This document shows positions 12,550-24,338 of a DNA stretch of 64,000 nucleotides, piece by piece. Position numbers and translations under genes: made by a program. The stretch's first letter is position 1, and every line of letters starts with the position of its first letter. This stretch comes from Selaginella moellendorffii (lineage: Eukaryota > Plantae > Lycopodiophyta). Below the pieces are notes generated by a model, which saw nothing but the letters and a program-made list of their open reading frames with translations, did not search any database and was not told the origin of the DNA. The stretch lies in contig NW_003314313.1 in NCBI RefSeq assembly GCF_000143415.4, forward strand, positions 18,418 to 82,417, in the 5' to 3' direction.

Positions 12550-12960
12550 ATTCTTGCAAGAAATTTAATATCTAATATAAATCTTGTTCTTGGATTTAAA
12601 CACACATTTCCACTACTTTAATTTCAAATTAGCTTCCTGTAGCTAATTTACATTTTGTGGACATCATGAATATGCTTCTTTTACATCCCTTTGGAGTGAA
12701 ATAAGACATTATCAATAAAGTAAATAGTCACCTTTAATATACTACAAAGAGCTTTATTTATCATTTGCAAGAAATTGTCAAATAAAATGGCATTATAAAA
12801 AATTTATACAAACTAAATAGTATATAAAAAACAATTTTAAAATCATTTTCCTTAGCCATCAGCACTTATCAAAATTTAGAAGTAAAATCTAATTTGGTGA
12901 ACTCATAATTTTTCCCTAGATAATTTAAAAGATTGGTAGTGTGAGGAAGAAGGTACACAT
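12550..12960 (-). mobile_element. Decayed Ty3/gypsy reverse transcriptase remnant
   Basis: Stop-interrupted translation YLLPHTTNLLNYLGKNYEFTKLDFTSKF**VLMAKEND... (cf. YPLPRIDDLL..LG..YFSKLDL.SGYWQV), IYFIDNVLFHSK (cf. VYIDDILIYSK) and LQEANLKLK*WKCVF. Confidence 0.7.
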
Positions 12961-13501
12961 TTGGGATAATTATACTATTTAATAAATAATAATTAATATA
13001 GAAGAAAATACTTCTATCAAGTTTTGTCATAAAATGAAGTTTACATATTTAAAGATTTTGAGACTTTTGATAACACTTTTTTCCAATATCTCTTTTATAT
13101 TTTTCTTATAAATCTTGATCTTATTTATGACCAATGTAAAATATGAACCTTAATTAAACAAACATCCTCAATTGAAATATAATCTTAGCCTTAGATAACA
13201 TATCAAAGTTGAAGAGATAAACATAATCCTTGAGTCAGTCAATCACTAGACCATAAAGAATTTAGAGAGAGAATAGAAAAGTAAAAAAGAAATATTGTAA
13301 AAAAGTAATAAAAAGGCAAAAGTAATGGAAGAAAAAAGTAAAAATAAAATAACAAAATAGAAAAAAAGTAAGGAATATAAGATAAAGAAGAAAAGCCTCA
13401 AAGTAACATGTATAATTATGCTACAATCAATCTATATCAAAGATGAGGTTTAAAATTTGACTTGACACTATTTACAATGATTGAAACTCAAGTTGAAAAT
13501 C

Positions 13502-13601
13502 NNNNNNNNNNNNNNNNNNNNNNNNNNNNNNNNNNNNNNNNNNNNNNNNNNNNNNNNNNNNNNNNNNNNNNNNNNNNNNNNNNNNNNNNNNNNNNNNNNN
13601 N
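13502..13601. other. Assembly gap (100 N)
   Basis: Run of N. Confidence 1.
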
Positions 13602-13704
<103 letters not shown>

Positions 13705-13764
13705 ATTACTTAACATGTTTCCACATGTTGTCATTTATATTTGTGTATTATCTATGGCAATGGC

Positions 13765-13767
<3 letters not shown>

Positions 13768-13796
<29 letters not shown>
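13768..13796. repeat. (CA)n microsatellite inside a 14-bp inverted repeat
   Basis: AC repeat flanked by TATCTATGGCAATG (13749-13762) and CATTGCCATAGATA (13809-13822). Confidence 0.9.
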
Positions 13797-13798
<2 letters not shown>

Positions 13799-14589
13799 TA
13801 TATATATACATTGCCATAGATAGACTCAAGCCCATATTGGTTAACACAAAATAAATAATAAAGACCTTTTGTTATAAAAAAAAGTTTAGAAAGTAAACAC
13901 TTAATAAAGTAAACCTTTTGATAGTATTCCTAAAAGAAAAATAGAGGGGCTATTAATTTATTCACACAAGGATCCACCACTTATTTGACTTTTAGTTTTT
14001 TTAAAAAATCTTTAAGTTAAAACCTTCTATTGCAGCAACACTAATAAAACATTGTTAACCTAAGAAATAAAGACATCAATCCAGAAAATACCAACAACAT
14101 TAATATGTGCAGTTAACTTCATCATGTCCTAGCAAATATTATGGCTATAATTATATCCTTGTCCTTATCCTTGAACATAAGCACCAATAGTGTTAATATG
14201 TATTCATAAAGGGGAGCTCAAGTACATATAAAAAGAGATTATATTTTATAGCATTGTATTTATGCAAGTCTTTAACCCAAAATGGCAAAGAGCATCATCA
14301 AAGGTGGCTAAAATAAATATATGCAAAAGTCTCATAATATTTTGATAAAGTGTTGGCTATAACATATTTAATTTGATCCACTCCAAAATATTCTAACTCC
14401 AGACAAAATAAAAGACTCCAAAAGTAAACATTAAATTGCATAATTGCTCCTTGATAAAGACAATGCAATTATTGTCACAGTCACATTGCAATTAAATTAC
14501 TATATTTAAAAACCTAAGTATATATTGTTATGTGATGTAAATTTATATGTTAGTCAATAATATGGCAAAATTTATAAACAGAAAATGCA

Positions 14590-17223
14590 TTAATTAATGA
14601 AAATCAAAGTTGAAGTTTCATCCACCGAGCTGAATGAAAACTTGGAGCTCTTGGACGTGGAACTCGATGGCAGCTTCACCTTGGATCGATAGCCAAGGAA
14701 AAAATGCAAGCTCGACAGAGGTGGCGTCTCTGGTAGCTCAATCAGTCCTTCCATCATTTTCAGAGCCGTGCTCATCGAGGGCCGCATGTCGGGATCATCT
14801 TGCACGCACAAATATGCCACTGCTTTCAATCTCGCCATCCCAGCTGCTTGGTACTTATCAGCAATTCCTCCTGAAGATCCACCATCACATAAGTTCTTCC
14901 GTGTTTTGCTGATTGACTTCGTGAAACTTTTCTGGCGTGAAAAACCACCGAGTGAAAAGCTTCTAAGGTAATCGCTTGACATGTACTTGTTTCTGCATCC
15001 AGTGATGATCTCCAGCAGCAATACCCCAAAGCTAAAAACGTCGCTCTTTTCAGTGATTGTCCCGACTTGCAAGTATTCCGGAGCAAGATAGCCCGGAGTT
15101 CCTCGCATGCTTGTCATTTGCAGGTATGTCACTTCGCGATTCATGAGTTTGGACAGCCCAAAGTCGGCAATCTTTGGCACGAATCCGATGTCTACGAGAA
15201 CGTTCTCCGGCTTGAGATCCAGGTGAATGATTCTATCGGCACACTCCTCGTGCAAGTAACACAGTCCTTGAGCTGTGCCAACCGCAATCCGGAACTTGCA
15301 GTCCCACGACAAGCCACCCGATCCATCCTGTTGTTGAGAAGAACTATCATCGCCACCATCATCGCCAAAGATCCATTTCTCCAGAGAACCATTTGGCACG
15401 AACTCATAAACGAGCAAGCGTTTCCTTGGCCCCTCGGCACAAAATCCAATGAACTTCACCAGGTTCAAGTGATTCGTCCTTGCAAGGCTCGCCACCTCCG
15501 CATAGAAATCCCGGCTGTTTTGATTTGAGCCCTGGAGCTTCTTGACGGCAACCTGGTTACCGTCTTCTAGGCTTCCTCGGTAAACACTTCCGTATCCACC
15601 TTGTCCCAGACACTTGCTAAAACCCCCAGTGATTTGCTCCAGCTCCTTGTAAGTGAATCTCCTGGGCATGCAATCCCGCAAGGACATCTCCAGCTCTTCC
15701 TCCTCTTTGTCTGATTCCCCGCCAGCTTTCTCCAAAGACTTCTTCCAGCAGATCCAAGCCAGAAGCGCCACAAGCAACACCAATGCTGGCAGCAGCGCCG
15801 GCAAAGCCACCCGATACACCAGAGCCTGATTTCCAGAATCTCCCACACTAGTCTTCGCCACCTTGAGAAGACCCGTGTATTCCCCTGTTATCATGGACTG
15901 GATGGGCTCGTGTGTCTGGAAACACGATTTCTCCTTGAAAAACGCAGCCATGCACGAGCAATTCTCCTCGCATCGCCTACGGCACTCGCTTTCGTCCACC
16001 ACGGGCAGTTCCGTGCTAAAGTTGGTAGAGAAGTAGTCAACTCCTTCCATTCGCACAATCTCATGGGGCTCACATCTTCTGGGATCAAGCGGCAGAGGCC
16101 TCCTAGCACCGCAAACACCACCCTGGTAATCGAGAGAACTAGGGCAGCATTGGCCGTCCCCTTTGTTGCAGATCCCGTACTGGCCACACTCTTGAGCTTG
16201 AGGGAGGAAGCAGCTGAAGTTGCTCGAGAGGTTAAACGCAGCGTACCAGTAGTCGCCCGTGGTGTTCCAGGTGTAGACGGTGAGATCGCCCATGGTGTTG
16301 AGCTTGAGGAAGGTCCCATACGGGAAGTTTTGGGTATTACGAAGCAGCTCGAATCTCTTCACGGGTGCCGAGCTCTGGCACGACTCCGCCGACAGAAACC
16401 CTTGGTACTCCGGCATGGACGCATTGCGCTGGAGATCGAGCGACATGAGACCATTCGTCTGCCAGCACACTGCTGCAAACAAGTCACTGCTTCCTGGATC
16501 CCCACCATCACTCTCGAAACTCCAGTAGACCTCCGAGTTGAAGTAGAGGGCGAGGCGATTTTCCTCCATGGCGAGGCTGTACGATCCTTGGCTGCTATCC
16601 TTGGGGGAAGCCCAGCTGACGAGGCGATTCCCGGGCTTGAACGCCACCTGTATGGGGAATGTATCCGATGGAGAATCGAAGCTCTGCCAGATGATATGAT
16701 CGGTGGAGTTTCTCAGCAAGAGGTTGCCCAGATTGGTGATGCACATCTCCGTGACGCCCTTCCCGGCCGTGCCGGTCGACCACACCGTAAGCCCATTCTC
16801 CCGGACGATGAGCTCTCCATCGGCGCCAAAGTCGAGCGTCGCGCCCTCTCCAAAGTACCTGTCCCGGTTGGCGGTCCACAGCACTACGGGCCTGTAGAGT
16901 TCCCACTCCTGGGTGGGCTCGCGCATGGCGACGAGAGAGAGCGTGAAGTTGCGAGCGTCGTAAGTGAGGAACCAGAGCTGGAATGTGATGTCGCCCAATT
17001 CGATGTACGTCGTGTTGGACCAGTAGCCCGCCCAGCGCCCGCTCAATCCGTCGGTGTCGAGGGGATATTGCCAGTAGTCGCCAAGATCATCATCGCTGTT
17101 GTAAGCCGTGGTCTGATTCACGTGGTAGCACTGGAAAGCTCGGGCAGCTCCAATGGCGACTAGAACTAAAAGAGGAAAAAGATGAAGATTGCTGCCATTC
17201 CTACCACGATCACTCAAACCCAT
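14590..17223 (-). CDS. G-type lectin S-receptor-like Ser/Thr kinase (SD-2 type, non-RD), intronless
   Basis: Signal peptide, B-lectin (VLWTANRD, GNLLL..IIWQSFDSPSDT), EGF-like (CGQYGIC), PAN (CRRRCEENCSCMAAFF), TM segment, kinase (LGQGGYGSVY, VAVKKL, HLDLKPEN, DFG, GTPGYLAPE). Confidence 0.97.
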   Translation of the reverse strand: MGLSDRGRNGSNLHLFPLLVLVAIGAARAFQCYHVNQTTAYNSDDDLGDYWQYPLDTDGLSGRWAGYWSNTTYIELGDITFQLWFLTYDARNFTLSLVAMREPTQEWELYRPVVLWTANRDRYFGEGATLDFGADGELIVRENGLTVWSTGTAGKGVTEMCITNLGNLLLRNSTDHIIWQSFDSPSDTFPIQVAFKPGNRLVSWASPKDSSQGSYSLAMEENRLALYFNSEVYWSFESDGGDPGSSDLFAAVCWQTNGLMSLDLQRNASMPEYQGFLSAESCQSSAPVKRFELLRNTQNFPYGTFLKLNTMGDLTVYTWNTTGDYWYAAFNLSSNFSCFLPQAQECGQYGICNKGDGQCCPSSLDYQGGVCGARRPLPLDPRRCEPHEIVRMEGVDYFSTNFSTELPVVDESECRRRCEENCSCMAAFFKEKSCFQTHEPIQSMITGEYTGLLKVAKTSVGDSGNQALVYRVALPALLPALVLLVALLAWICWKKSLEKAGGESDKEEEELEMSLRDCMPRRFTYKELEQITGGFSKCLGQGGYGSVYRGSLEDGNQVAVKKLQGSNQNSRDFYAEVASLARTNHLNLVKFIGFCAEGPRKRLLVYEFVPNGSLEKWIFGDDGGDDSSSQQQDGSGGLSWDCKFRIAVGTAQGLCYLHEECADRIIHLDLKPENVLVDIGFVPKIADFGLSKLMNREVTYLQMTSMRGTPGYLAPEYLQVGTITEKSDVFSFGVLLLEIITGCRNKYMSSDYLRSFSLGGFSRQKSFTKSISKTRKNLCDGGSSGGIADKYQAAGMARLKAVAYLCVQDDPDMRPSMSTALKMMEGLIELPETPPLSSLHFFLGYRSKVKLPSSSTSKSSKFSFSSVDETSTLIFIN

Positions 17224-18202
17224 GGAAGAAATTGAGGATTAGACCACCAGCGCGATCACTGCGTTTGCATTGATTGAAGTGTGGATTCTCTATTCGAGCT
17301 CGTGCTCGATCTAGGGGTCATATGAATAGCAATCAAGCGACTGGGTCATTCCGCGTGGTCTCAAAATACTGTTGACTTTCAAACTTTTTCGATTTTGGTT
17401 TGTAAGCATCTGAGTGCTAAAAATCCTAATCTAACAGTTAAGATTTATCACGAAAATTCCAGCCATGGGATCACTTTCTTTTCTTTTCTTCTACAGGTTT
17501 TGAGATCGAATGGTTTGTGATAACATACTCACGCTTCTATTCTTGTTTCTCTCTCTCATATCAGAGTCATTGTCTACAACATCAATTGCTATGACGCCAT
17601 TTAGGGAAGGCCTAGACCATTGAGTTAGCAAACCAAACGCACGGTTACCTGGATCTTCAAAACCCGGGATTAGGGACAAACTTTCTGGTACGCGATTAAT
17701 GAAGCGAGCTTAAAGAAGTATGAACTATACTGCCAAATATTGCATCACAGGAATGAATGGTCGAAAATGAAAGTACCCAAGCTTCCCAAAGCGATGGAAA
17801 GAAAGATTGCAAGGATGTGTTTTTGTGTTCCACATAAAGACTGATGGCACAACATCGAGGTTTTCAAATCCATCAAGCGATTTCACATGGTTTGGACACC
17901 CACACACAGGAAAGTAGGAAAATACGTTACGTGTTCATCATCCGCCACATGTCAACTAAATAATTTAGCTCCATTTGATTGGTTTGTTATATACGGAAAA
18001 TCAATCAAGCTACACGTAAAAAAGTGTTTGTAAAAACGAAGCCGTTGGAGCTGCCTGCGTGGCAACATCCGCGCCGTCCACTTTTGCATGGCCCAGGTTC
18101 AAGGGGCGCGCTTGTTGATAGGGCTTACACACTTCTAGGGTTTTTTGCTAGGAACAAGGGGAAATTCGCGTCCGCGTCACATTCTTCTCGTCGATCGATC
18201 CA

Positions 18203-19672
18203 ATGAGGAGCAAGCACCCGGAATCCGGCGCCAATCTCTACACCGCAGGTAGCGACGATCCAATCCTTTCACTGGGGACGAGCGAGCTCCGCAATAGCAA
18301 GAGCGAGGCGGCGAAATTGATCGCGGCGGCGGGCGGCAAGGCCAAATCCCGATGCGCCACCGCCAGGGAGAGCTCCCGGAGCGGCGGCACCACTCCCAGG
18401 TGCGCTTCCCAATCGCCCAGCCCGAAGTGCGAGACGATCCTTCCAGCGAAAGAGATGGAAAAGTGCGAGAAGATCTATCCGGCAAAGGAGATGGAGTCCG
18501 AGACACCGAGGACGTATCTCATCAAAGGCTCGTTCTTGGAGCCGGAGATCACTTCTAGCAAGAATCTGGAGCAGATCTTGGGCGTGAACTCCAGCGCCGG
18601 GAAGAACAGTAGCAGTAGCAGCGATCGACCCAGTCCAAAGAATATGATCAGTTGTGCGTCACCAATTGCCAGCAAGAACAAGTTTATCTCGGACATAGAG
18701 GAGGTGGAATGGTTTCTGGATGAAGATCGGGGTTTAGATGGTGGCGGTGGAGGAGATGGAGGAGGAGCTTTGGATAGAGGAGGAGAGTTTGTAGAAACGG
18801 GGAGGCGAGAGGATGAGATGGAAGAACAGGGAAGGAGAGAAGATGGTGTCTTGAGCAAGATCGAGGAGAGAGAGCTGCGAAGGAAGAAAGGAAAGGCTCC
18901 AGAAGAGAATGGCGAGAGGCGAGGCAAGGCTCCAATGGCTTTCCCAACGGTGGAGGAAGAAGAGCTCCTTCTTCCTCCCAGGATGATGTTCTCGAGTGGA
19001 ACGAGGTGCCAGCTCGAATCATCGACGATGAACCAGGCTGAGGTGATGGAGCAGAGCTTTTCTCCGGAAATGCCTGCTTGGCTCGACAGTGCCTACAAAA
19101 GCCTCGCACGGTTAGACGACGAGGAGGAGCAAACTCAAGCTCCTACGTACCGATCATCGCCGGAGGCGCCGGAGAGGATCTCTCCTCACCACGCTGGAGC
19201 GTCTTCCTCATCTTCCAGCAACTGGGAACGGACCACCAAGGAACAGATCGAGAGTTTCGCGAGCAAGCAGCAGCAGCAGGCAGTGGCCACTGAAAACTCG
19301 AACTCGAACTCCAACTCCACCACAGTGTTGGAGTCTTCTTCTTCTTCGGTGGATCTTCACGAAGCTCTGTCCGAGGAAGAGAAAGCTAGCCTTGAAGACA
19401 AGGTGCAGTTAGAAATAAGGAAAGTGATCGAGCAACAGGCAGCCGCGGCCAAAGGATCGAAGGACGAGGAAGTAGAAAACAACCGGCAGCCGGGACCCGG
19501 GTGGCTGTGGAAGATGTCTCTCTGCGCGAGCGTCTCGTTCGTGACTTGGGTACTGGTGAATGGGGCCCGGATCCAGTGCCGGAGCCTGTTTCCCACAATC
19601 CGGGAGAGGGAGCAACCTGTGAAGATTGTGCAGCGACGAAAGGCGAGGTTTTGCGAAGCCGAGGAGACGTAA
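18203..19672 (+). CDS. Hypothetical protein, low-complexity and charged, with one C-terminal hydrophobic segment
   Basis: 489-codon intronless ORF with gene-like GC and an upstream telo-box (~18136). No recognisable domain. Confidence 0.65.
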   Translation: MRSKHPESGANLYTAGSDDPILSLGTSELRNSKSEAAKLIAAAGGKAKSRCATARESSRSGGTTPRCASQSPSPKCETILPAKEMEKCEKIYPAKEMESETPRTYLIKGSFLEPEITSSKNLEQILGVNSSAGKNSSSSSDRPSPKNMISCASPIASKNKFISDIEEVEWFLDEDRGLDGGGGGDGGGALDRGGEFVETGRREDEMEEQGRREDGVLSKIEERELRRKKGKAPEENGERRGKAPMAFPTVEEEELLLPPRMMFSSGTRCQLESSTMNQAEVMEQSFSPEMPAWLDSAYKSLARLDDEEEQTQAPTYRSSPEAPERISPHHAGASSSSSSNWERTTKEQIESFASKQQQQAVATENSNSNSNSTTVLESSSSSVDLHEALSEEEKASLEDKVQLEIRKVIEQQAAAAKGSKDEEVENNRQPGPGWLWKMSLCASVSFVTWVLVNGARIQCRSLFPTIREREQPVKIVQRRKARFCEAEET

Positions 19673-19766
19673 AACGGAAAAGGAACTTCTTAGATCACGT
19701 AAGAAAAAAATGAGTTGACAAGCCAGCAGGGAACCAGAACAAAAATACGAGCAGGCTCACCGAAGG

Positions 19767-21849
19767 CTAGAGAGTCGAATTGGAACTTCCTACCCAGTAA
19801 GTTTTCACTGCGACCAGGACCTTCTCGGTGTTGAAAGGCCCGCTCTCGTGGTCGTACATTTTGCTCTGCCACCGGATGCTGGTCATGATCCGCTTCACTC
19901 GGTTGAGAGTGTCGACTTGGTCCCGGACGATCACGGCTCCTTCGGGACGTAAGATCCTGTCCATCTCGATCAGGATGTCTTTCATCTCGCATCTAATAAC
20001 ACAAGCAGCCACGTTAGAACATATTAAGTTAAAACCGAGCAATCAACTCACCGGTCCTTGTAGAGGCTGAAGACGTTATCAGCGTGGATCAAGTCGTAAG
20101 TCCTGGGATACGTCGAGAATGCCTCGCACCAGTCGTGGTAGACGCCGATGAGGCCCCGCTCGTAGACGACTCCCAGAGTTTTGTGCTGGTGGTGGTGGGG
20201 GACTACGTTCATCACCCACATTTTGCTGTTCATTGAAAGTGCCGCCGCGAATCCTCCAAGGCCGGAGTTCATGTCCATGATGTTACGGTACCTTCCCGAA
20301 GAAAGCACTGGTAGCACCGTCTTCTTGTAGTACGAGGCTCTCTGCGACCAGAGTTGAGTATCGGCGTTGAAGCTGTCTTCACTGGATAGTGAGCCGCTGG
20401 AGATTCGTGATGGTGTCGTGGTTAGCCGAGAGGGCCACCTTGGTAGATCTTCGCTTTGGTCAGCTTCCGGGAGTTTCGAAATGCATGCCTCCATAGGCTT
20501 GTACCTGAAACAAAGAAGCGCAGTTCTCACGAGCGGCTTGACACTTAAAATCTTACGTACCAGGCAAGATCAGGATCCTGCTCTTTGTCACAGAACTCGG
20601 GACCATTGGAGCAGTCGGTGTGATCTTTCGGTTTCTGCCAGATTGCAAGGTTCCCTTTCTCTGCAATTTTTTTCCAGCACAAGCTCTTCGCCATATTCTC
20701 GATCGCGGTCATCTCCCCACTCAGGTCCTCTTTGGTCCTCTGCCAGCTTTTCCAGTGCAGCTTCCAGTTGACAGGAGGCCCAGACAGGATCCAGTAGCCA
20801 CCGGGACGAAGAACACGGTCAACCTCGATCAAGTAGAGGCCATCTGGAATGGTGTTGTAATATATCTTATCTTTGGAAGAAAAAGAAGTATCAACTAAAA
20901 CTTACCATAAGCAGTCCAAGGAATGAGACATCGAGAACAGTGAGCCATGTCGAATGCTCTCGCGGGATAAGGCAACCTCTGAGAAGCCATGATGCCGATC
21001 ATCGCAGGAATTCCTCGCTCTAAAGCAAACTGAACTTGGCCTTCGTGAGTGTCCCTCGGAGCAAACGACATTGTGAGTATCCCTCTCTTGAGGAGATAAG
21101 CTCCCCAGCTAGCAACCTGGATCGAACAACACAAAGTCAAAACAAGAGGATCAAACCAAAAAAGAAACTAGAACACTTACACCACAGCCAGTGTCAAGAG
21201 CTGTTCGAATGGTCCCATCCGTGAGCGGAAGAATGGAGTTGATATCGTCAATGTAGGCATCGGCACCGCGAGGAAACATGGTTCCACCACCTGGAAAGAA
21301 GAACCTATCGCCCTCGTACTGGATCCAGTTCTGGATGGCCTTCTCCACCGTAAGTTCCTTGTGAGGAACATTGGCAAACCATGCGTAGTCCCGGCTCTTG
21401 GGCCACGAGAAAGGATTCTTGTAGCCCACCGGAGCTGGAATCAAGCACTGGAGCTTCTCGCTGTCGGGCGGGCAGTGCCTCTCTCGATACACCAGCCGCG
21501 CTCGATCGAACTGGAGCGAGCGCTTGGCATCCTGGCAGGGCGTGTGCTCGCTGAATCCCATGTCGCAGGCTGGGACTGGAGCGGTGGAGGGATCCAGGGC
21601 GGAAGACGAAGAGATTTTCGACGCTGCCGTTGCCGATGCCGAGTGGTGAGCCTGGAAATCCAGCGCGCCGCATCCGGTAGAGTAGGAGACGGTGGTGGAA
21701 TCAATGTGGACCTTGGAGCTGTTCTGCCAGGCGCCGATGAGGTAGAAGGCGAGGCAGCATAGCGCCGTGAGCAAGAAACGCGTGTAGCTGCGCTTCTTGT
21801 CCACGATCTGGTGATATTTCGGGGACGACGCACCCAGATCTTTGGCCAT
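19767..21849 (-). CDS. Probable methyltransferase PMT family (DUF248, PMT2-like; putative pectin methyltransferase), 5 exons
   Basis: MAKDLG start, type II TM segment, [28 protein letters not shown]|[63 protein letters not shown]. Confidence 0.96.
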
Positions 21850-22424
21850 CTGCGCAAGAACACACGACGAGCGATTCAATCCCCCGAAATACGCATCACC
21901 GGAGATCTGAGAGCCAGGAATCTCTGGCAAAACCCTGGAGAAAGAGAGACGATCTAGAGAGGAGCTCGTGTTACCTGGCTGGCTCCAAGAAACGATTTTA
22001 CAGCGGCGCTCGCACGCGGCAATGGATGAAAGCGATGATCTGGGGCGGCAACCTACGATCGGATCAAGTAGCGACTCGCGACAGAGACAATGCCGTACGC
22101 CTGGCGCCCATTTAAAGCCACTAGCACCGACGCTCGCTTTGCTCTCCCTGTAAAGAATCTCACTAGGTACTTTTATGATAAACCCTAAAGTGCCTCTTTT
22201 TCCCTTAATCATAATTATGTTAAGTTAATATGATTTAAGATAACAAATGGTTAGTTATTTGAATTTCCTTTCAACCGCCACAGCAAGCATCACGTGCGCT
22301 AGAAGACTTCAATAAACTTTATTCTGGATATGCTAAAATAGTAATTAGCAATAATATTAATGACTGGTGTAGATATAGAAGTCGTGGACCATAATTTTGT
22401 AAATAGTTTTTAGATTCCACCAAA

Positions 22425-24338
22425 ATGCCCGGTTTGGGCATTTGCCAACAACTTGGGGGACTGAGTCTTGAGATAATTCGGTCTTGCAAGACGCTACCCC
22501 AAGCGAAACGCATCCATGCCCAAGTAAGCTTCAGCAAAGACCTTGTGATGGGCAATGGTACCCACGTCCATAACATGATCATACAAATGTATGATCGATG
22601 TGGGAGCTTTGATCTTGCTCATTCGGTCTTTCTGGCCATTAGCAACAAAGATATTTTTTCCTATGCACATATGATCAATGCGTTTGTTCGGTCTGGGAAC
22701 TTGAATTACGCTAGACAGCTCTTTGATCAAATGCCGCTTTGGAATCTTATAGTTTTGAATGCAATGCTTGCTGCATATTCCTTGAAAGGGTATCTTGTCG
22801 AAGCTGTGACTCTCTTTGATAAGTTCCCAGAGAGAGATATTTTTACATTCACAACTATGATCACGATCTATGCAAAAAACGGGAAAGTTGAAGAAGCTAG
22901 AAACATTTTTGATGGCATGCAAAATAGAAATCTTATAACTTGGAACACCATGCTTGCAGCATATGCGCAAAACGGGCATCTGGAGAGTGCAAAGTTGATT
23001 TATCTTATGATGCCAGAGCATAGTATGGTTTCAAGCACAACCATGTTGGTGGCATATTCCCAAGCCGAGCTTCTTCCTGAAGCTCAAGCCTTGTTTGATT
23101 CCATGCCACTGAGGAATCTAGTTGCATGGAACGCAATGCTGTCAGGATATTCTCAGAGAGGGCATCTTCGGGAGTCTATAAGATTGTTCCACAAGCAGCC
23201 AGTCCATGACATTGTCACATTAAACTCAATGCTCTTTCTTTATGCCCACAAAGGCCTTTTGACAGAAGCCCAAAATCTTTTCTATGATATGCCTGAGAGG
23301 AATATAGTGACGTGGAATGCCATGCTAGTGGCATATACTTATAATGGGCATCTTTCATCAGCAGAAGAAATGTTTTCCAGGATGCCACGCCATGATTCTG
23401 TATCTTGTAATATTCTCCTCTCGGCTTATGCTCAAAAAGGTGATTTGGAAAAATCTAAGAGTATTTTTTATAGCATGGAAGAAAAGAATGTCATATCTTG
23501 GAATGCAATGCTTACAGCATATGCCCAAAATGGGCATGTTGAAGATGCTAAGAAATTATTTGAGGGGATGGAAGATAGGAACACTATAAGCTGGAATGGA
23601 ATGATGGCTGCTTATGTCAAACAGGATAAAATTGAGAATGCAAAGATCTTGTTTGAGATGATGCCAGTGCATGATGTAGTGTCATGGACAGCTCTGATCA
23701 CAGCTTATGCTCAAAGAGGGCATATGGATGAAGCAAAGTGTTTATTTGAGAACATGCCTGAGAAAAACTTGATCACTTGGAATTCAATTCTAGCTGCCTA
23801 TTCCCAACATGGATTCCTTGAAGAAGCAAAACTTGTGTTTGACTCAATGGAGGAGCATGATATGCTTTCATGGACAAGCATGCTCACAGCATATGGCCAA
23901 AGAGGACTACTCAAAAAAGCCAGGAAGACCTTAGATACAATGCCAGAACAAGATGGTATTTCTTGGAATGCCATGCTTGCTATATATGCTCAAGCTGGGT
24001 ATTTGCAAAAAAGCTTGACTTTGGCTAAGTCTATGGATTTGGAAGGCACTAGATTAACTGAGAGCTCTTTTATTTCAATTCTCATTGCTTGTAGCCACTC
24101 CGGAAGTGTCTTAGTTGGTGTAAAATGCTTTGTATACATGATTAATGATCAGGATGTAAAACCAAATAGACAGATTTACTCGTGCATGACAGATTTGCTT
24201 GGTAGGGCTGGGCATTTAGTAGAAGCAGAGGAGCTTGTGAAGAATATGCCCTACACTCCAGATATTACAGATTGGAGGTGTTTGCTAGGATCTTCTAGAT
24301 ATCAAAACAATGTTAATGTTGTAGAAGAAGCAAAGTAA
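22425..24338 (+). CDS. PLS-class PPR protein (tandem ~31-aa short repeats, E-type tail)
   Basis: Repeats of the form WNAMLxAYAQNGHxExAKxxFxxMPE; terminal ACSHSG...YSCMTDLLGRAGHL...W; no DYW domain. Confidence 0.95.
   Translation: MPGLGICQQLGGLSLEIIRSCKTLPQAKRIHAQVSFSKDLVMGNGTHVHNMIIQMYDRCGSFDLAHSVFLAISNKDIFSYAHMINAFVRSGNLNYARQLFDQMPLWNLIVLNAMLAAYSLKGYLVEAVTLFDKFPERDIFTFTTMITIYAKNGKVEEARNIFDGMQNRNLITWNTMLAAYAQNGHLESAKLIYLMMPEHSMVSSTTMLVAYSQAELLPEAQALFDSMPLRNLVAWNAMLSGYSQRGHLRESIRLFHKQPVHDIVTLNSMLFLYAHKGLLTEAQNLFYDMPERNIVTWNAMLVAYTYNGHLSSAEEMFSRMPRHDSVSCNILLSAYAQKGDLEKSKSIFYSMEEKNVISWNAMLTAYAQNGHVEDAKKLFEGMEDRNTISWNGMMAAYVKQDKIENAKILFEMMPVHDVVSWTALITAYAQRGHMDEAKCLFENMPEKNLITWNSILAAYSQHGFLEEAKLVFDSMEEHDMLSWTSMLTAYGQRGLLKKARKTLDTMPEQDGISWNAMLAIYAQAGYLQKSLTLAKSMDLEGTRLTESSFISILIACSHSGSVLVGVKCFVYMINDQDVKPNRQIYSCMTDLLGRAGHLVEAEELVKNMPYTPDITDWRCLLGSSRYQNNVNVVEEAK

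Noticed and set aside
15910-17163. 417-aa + strand ORF antisense to the RLK, and similar long antisense ORFs over the PPR, GeBP, COPT and Lhcb3 genes
   Set aside because: Shadow ORFs caused by GC-rich codon usage on the opposite strand; no motifs.
17480-17910. Short ORFs upstream of the RLK
   Set aside because: No recognisable motifs or consistent exon model.
21850-22212. N-terminal extension of the PMT ORF
   Set aside because: Looks like 5' UTR and intron (acceptor just before the ATG at 21849); family members start near MAKD.
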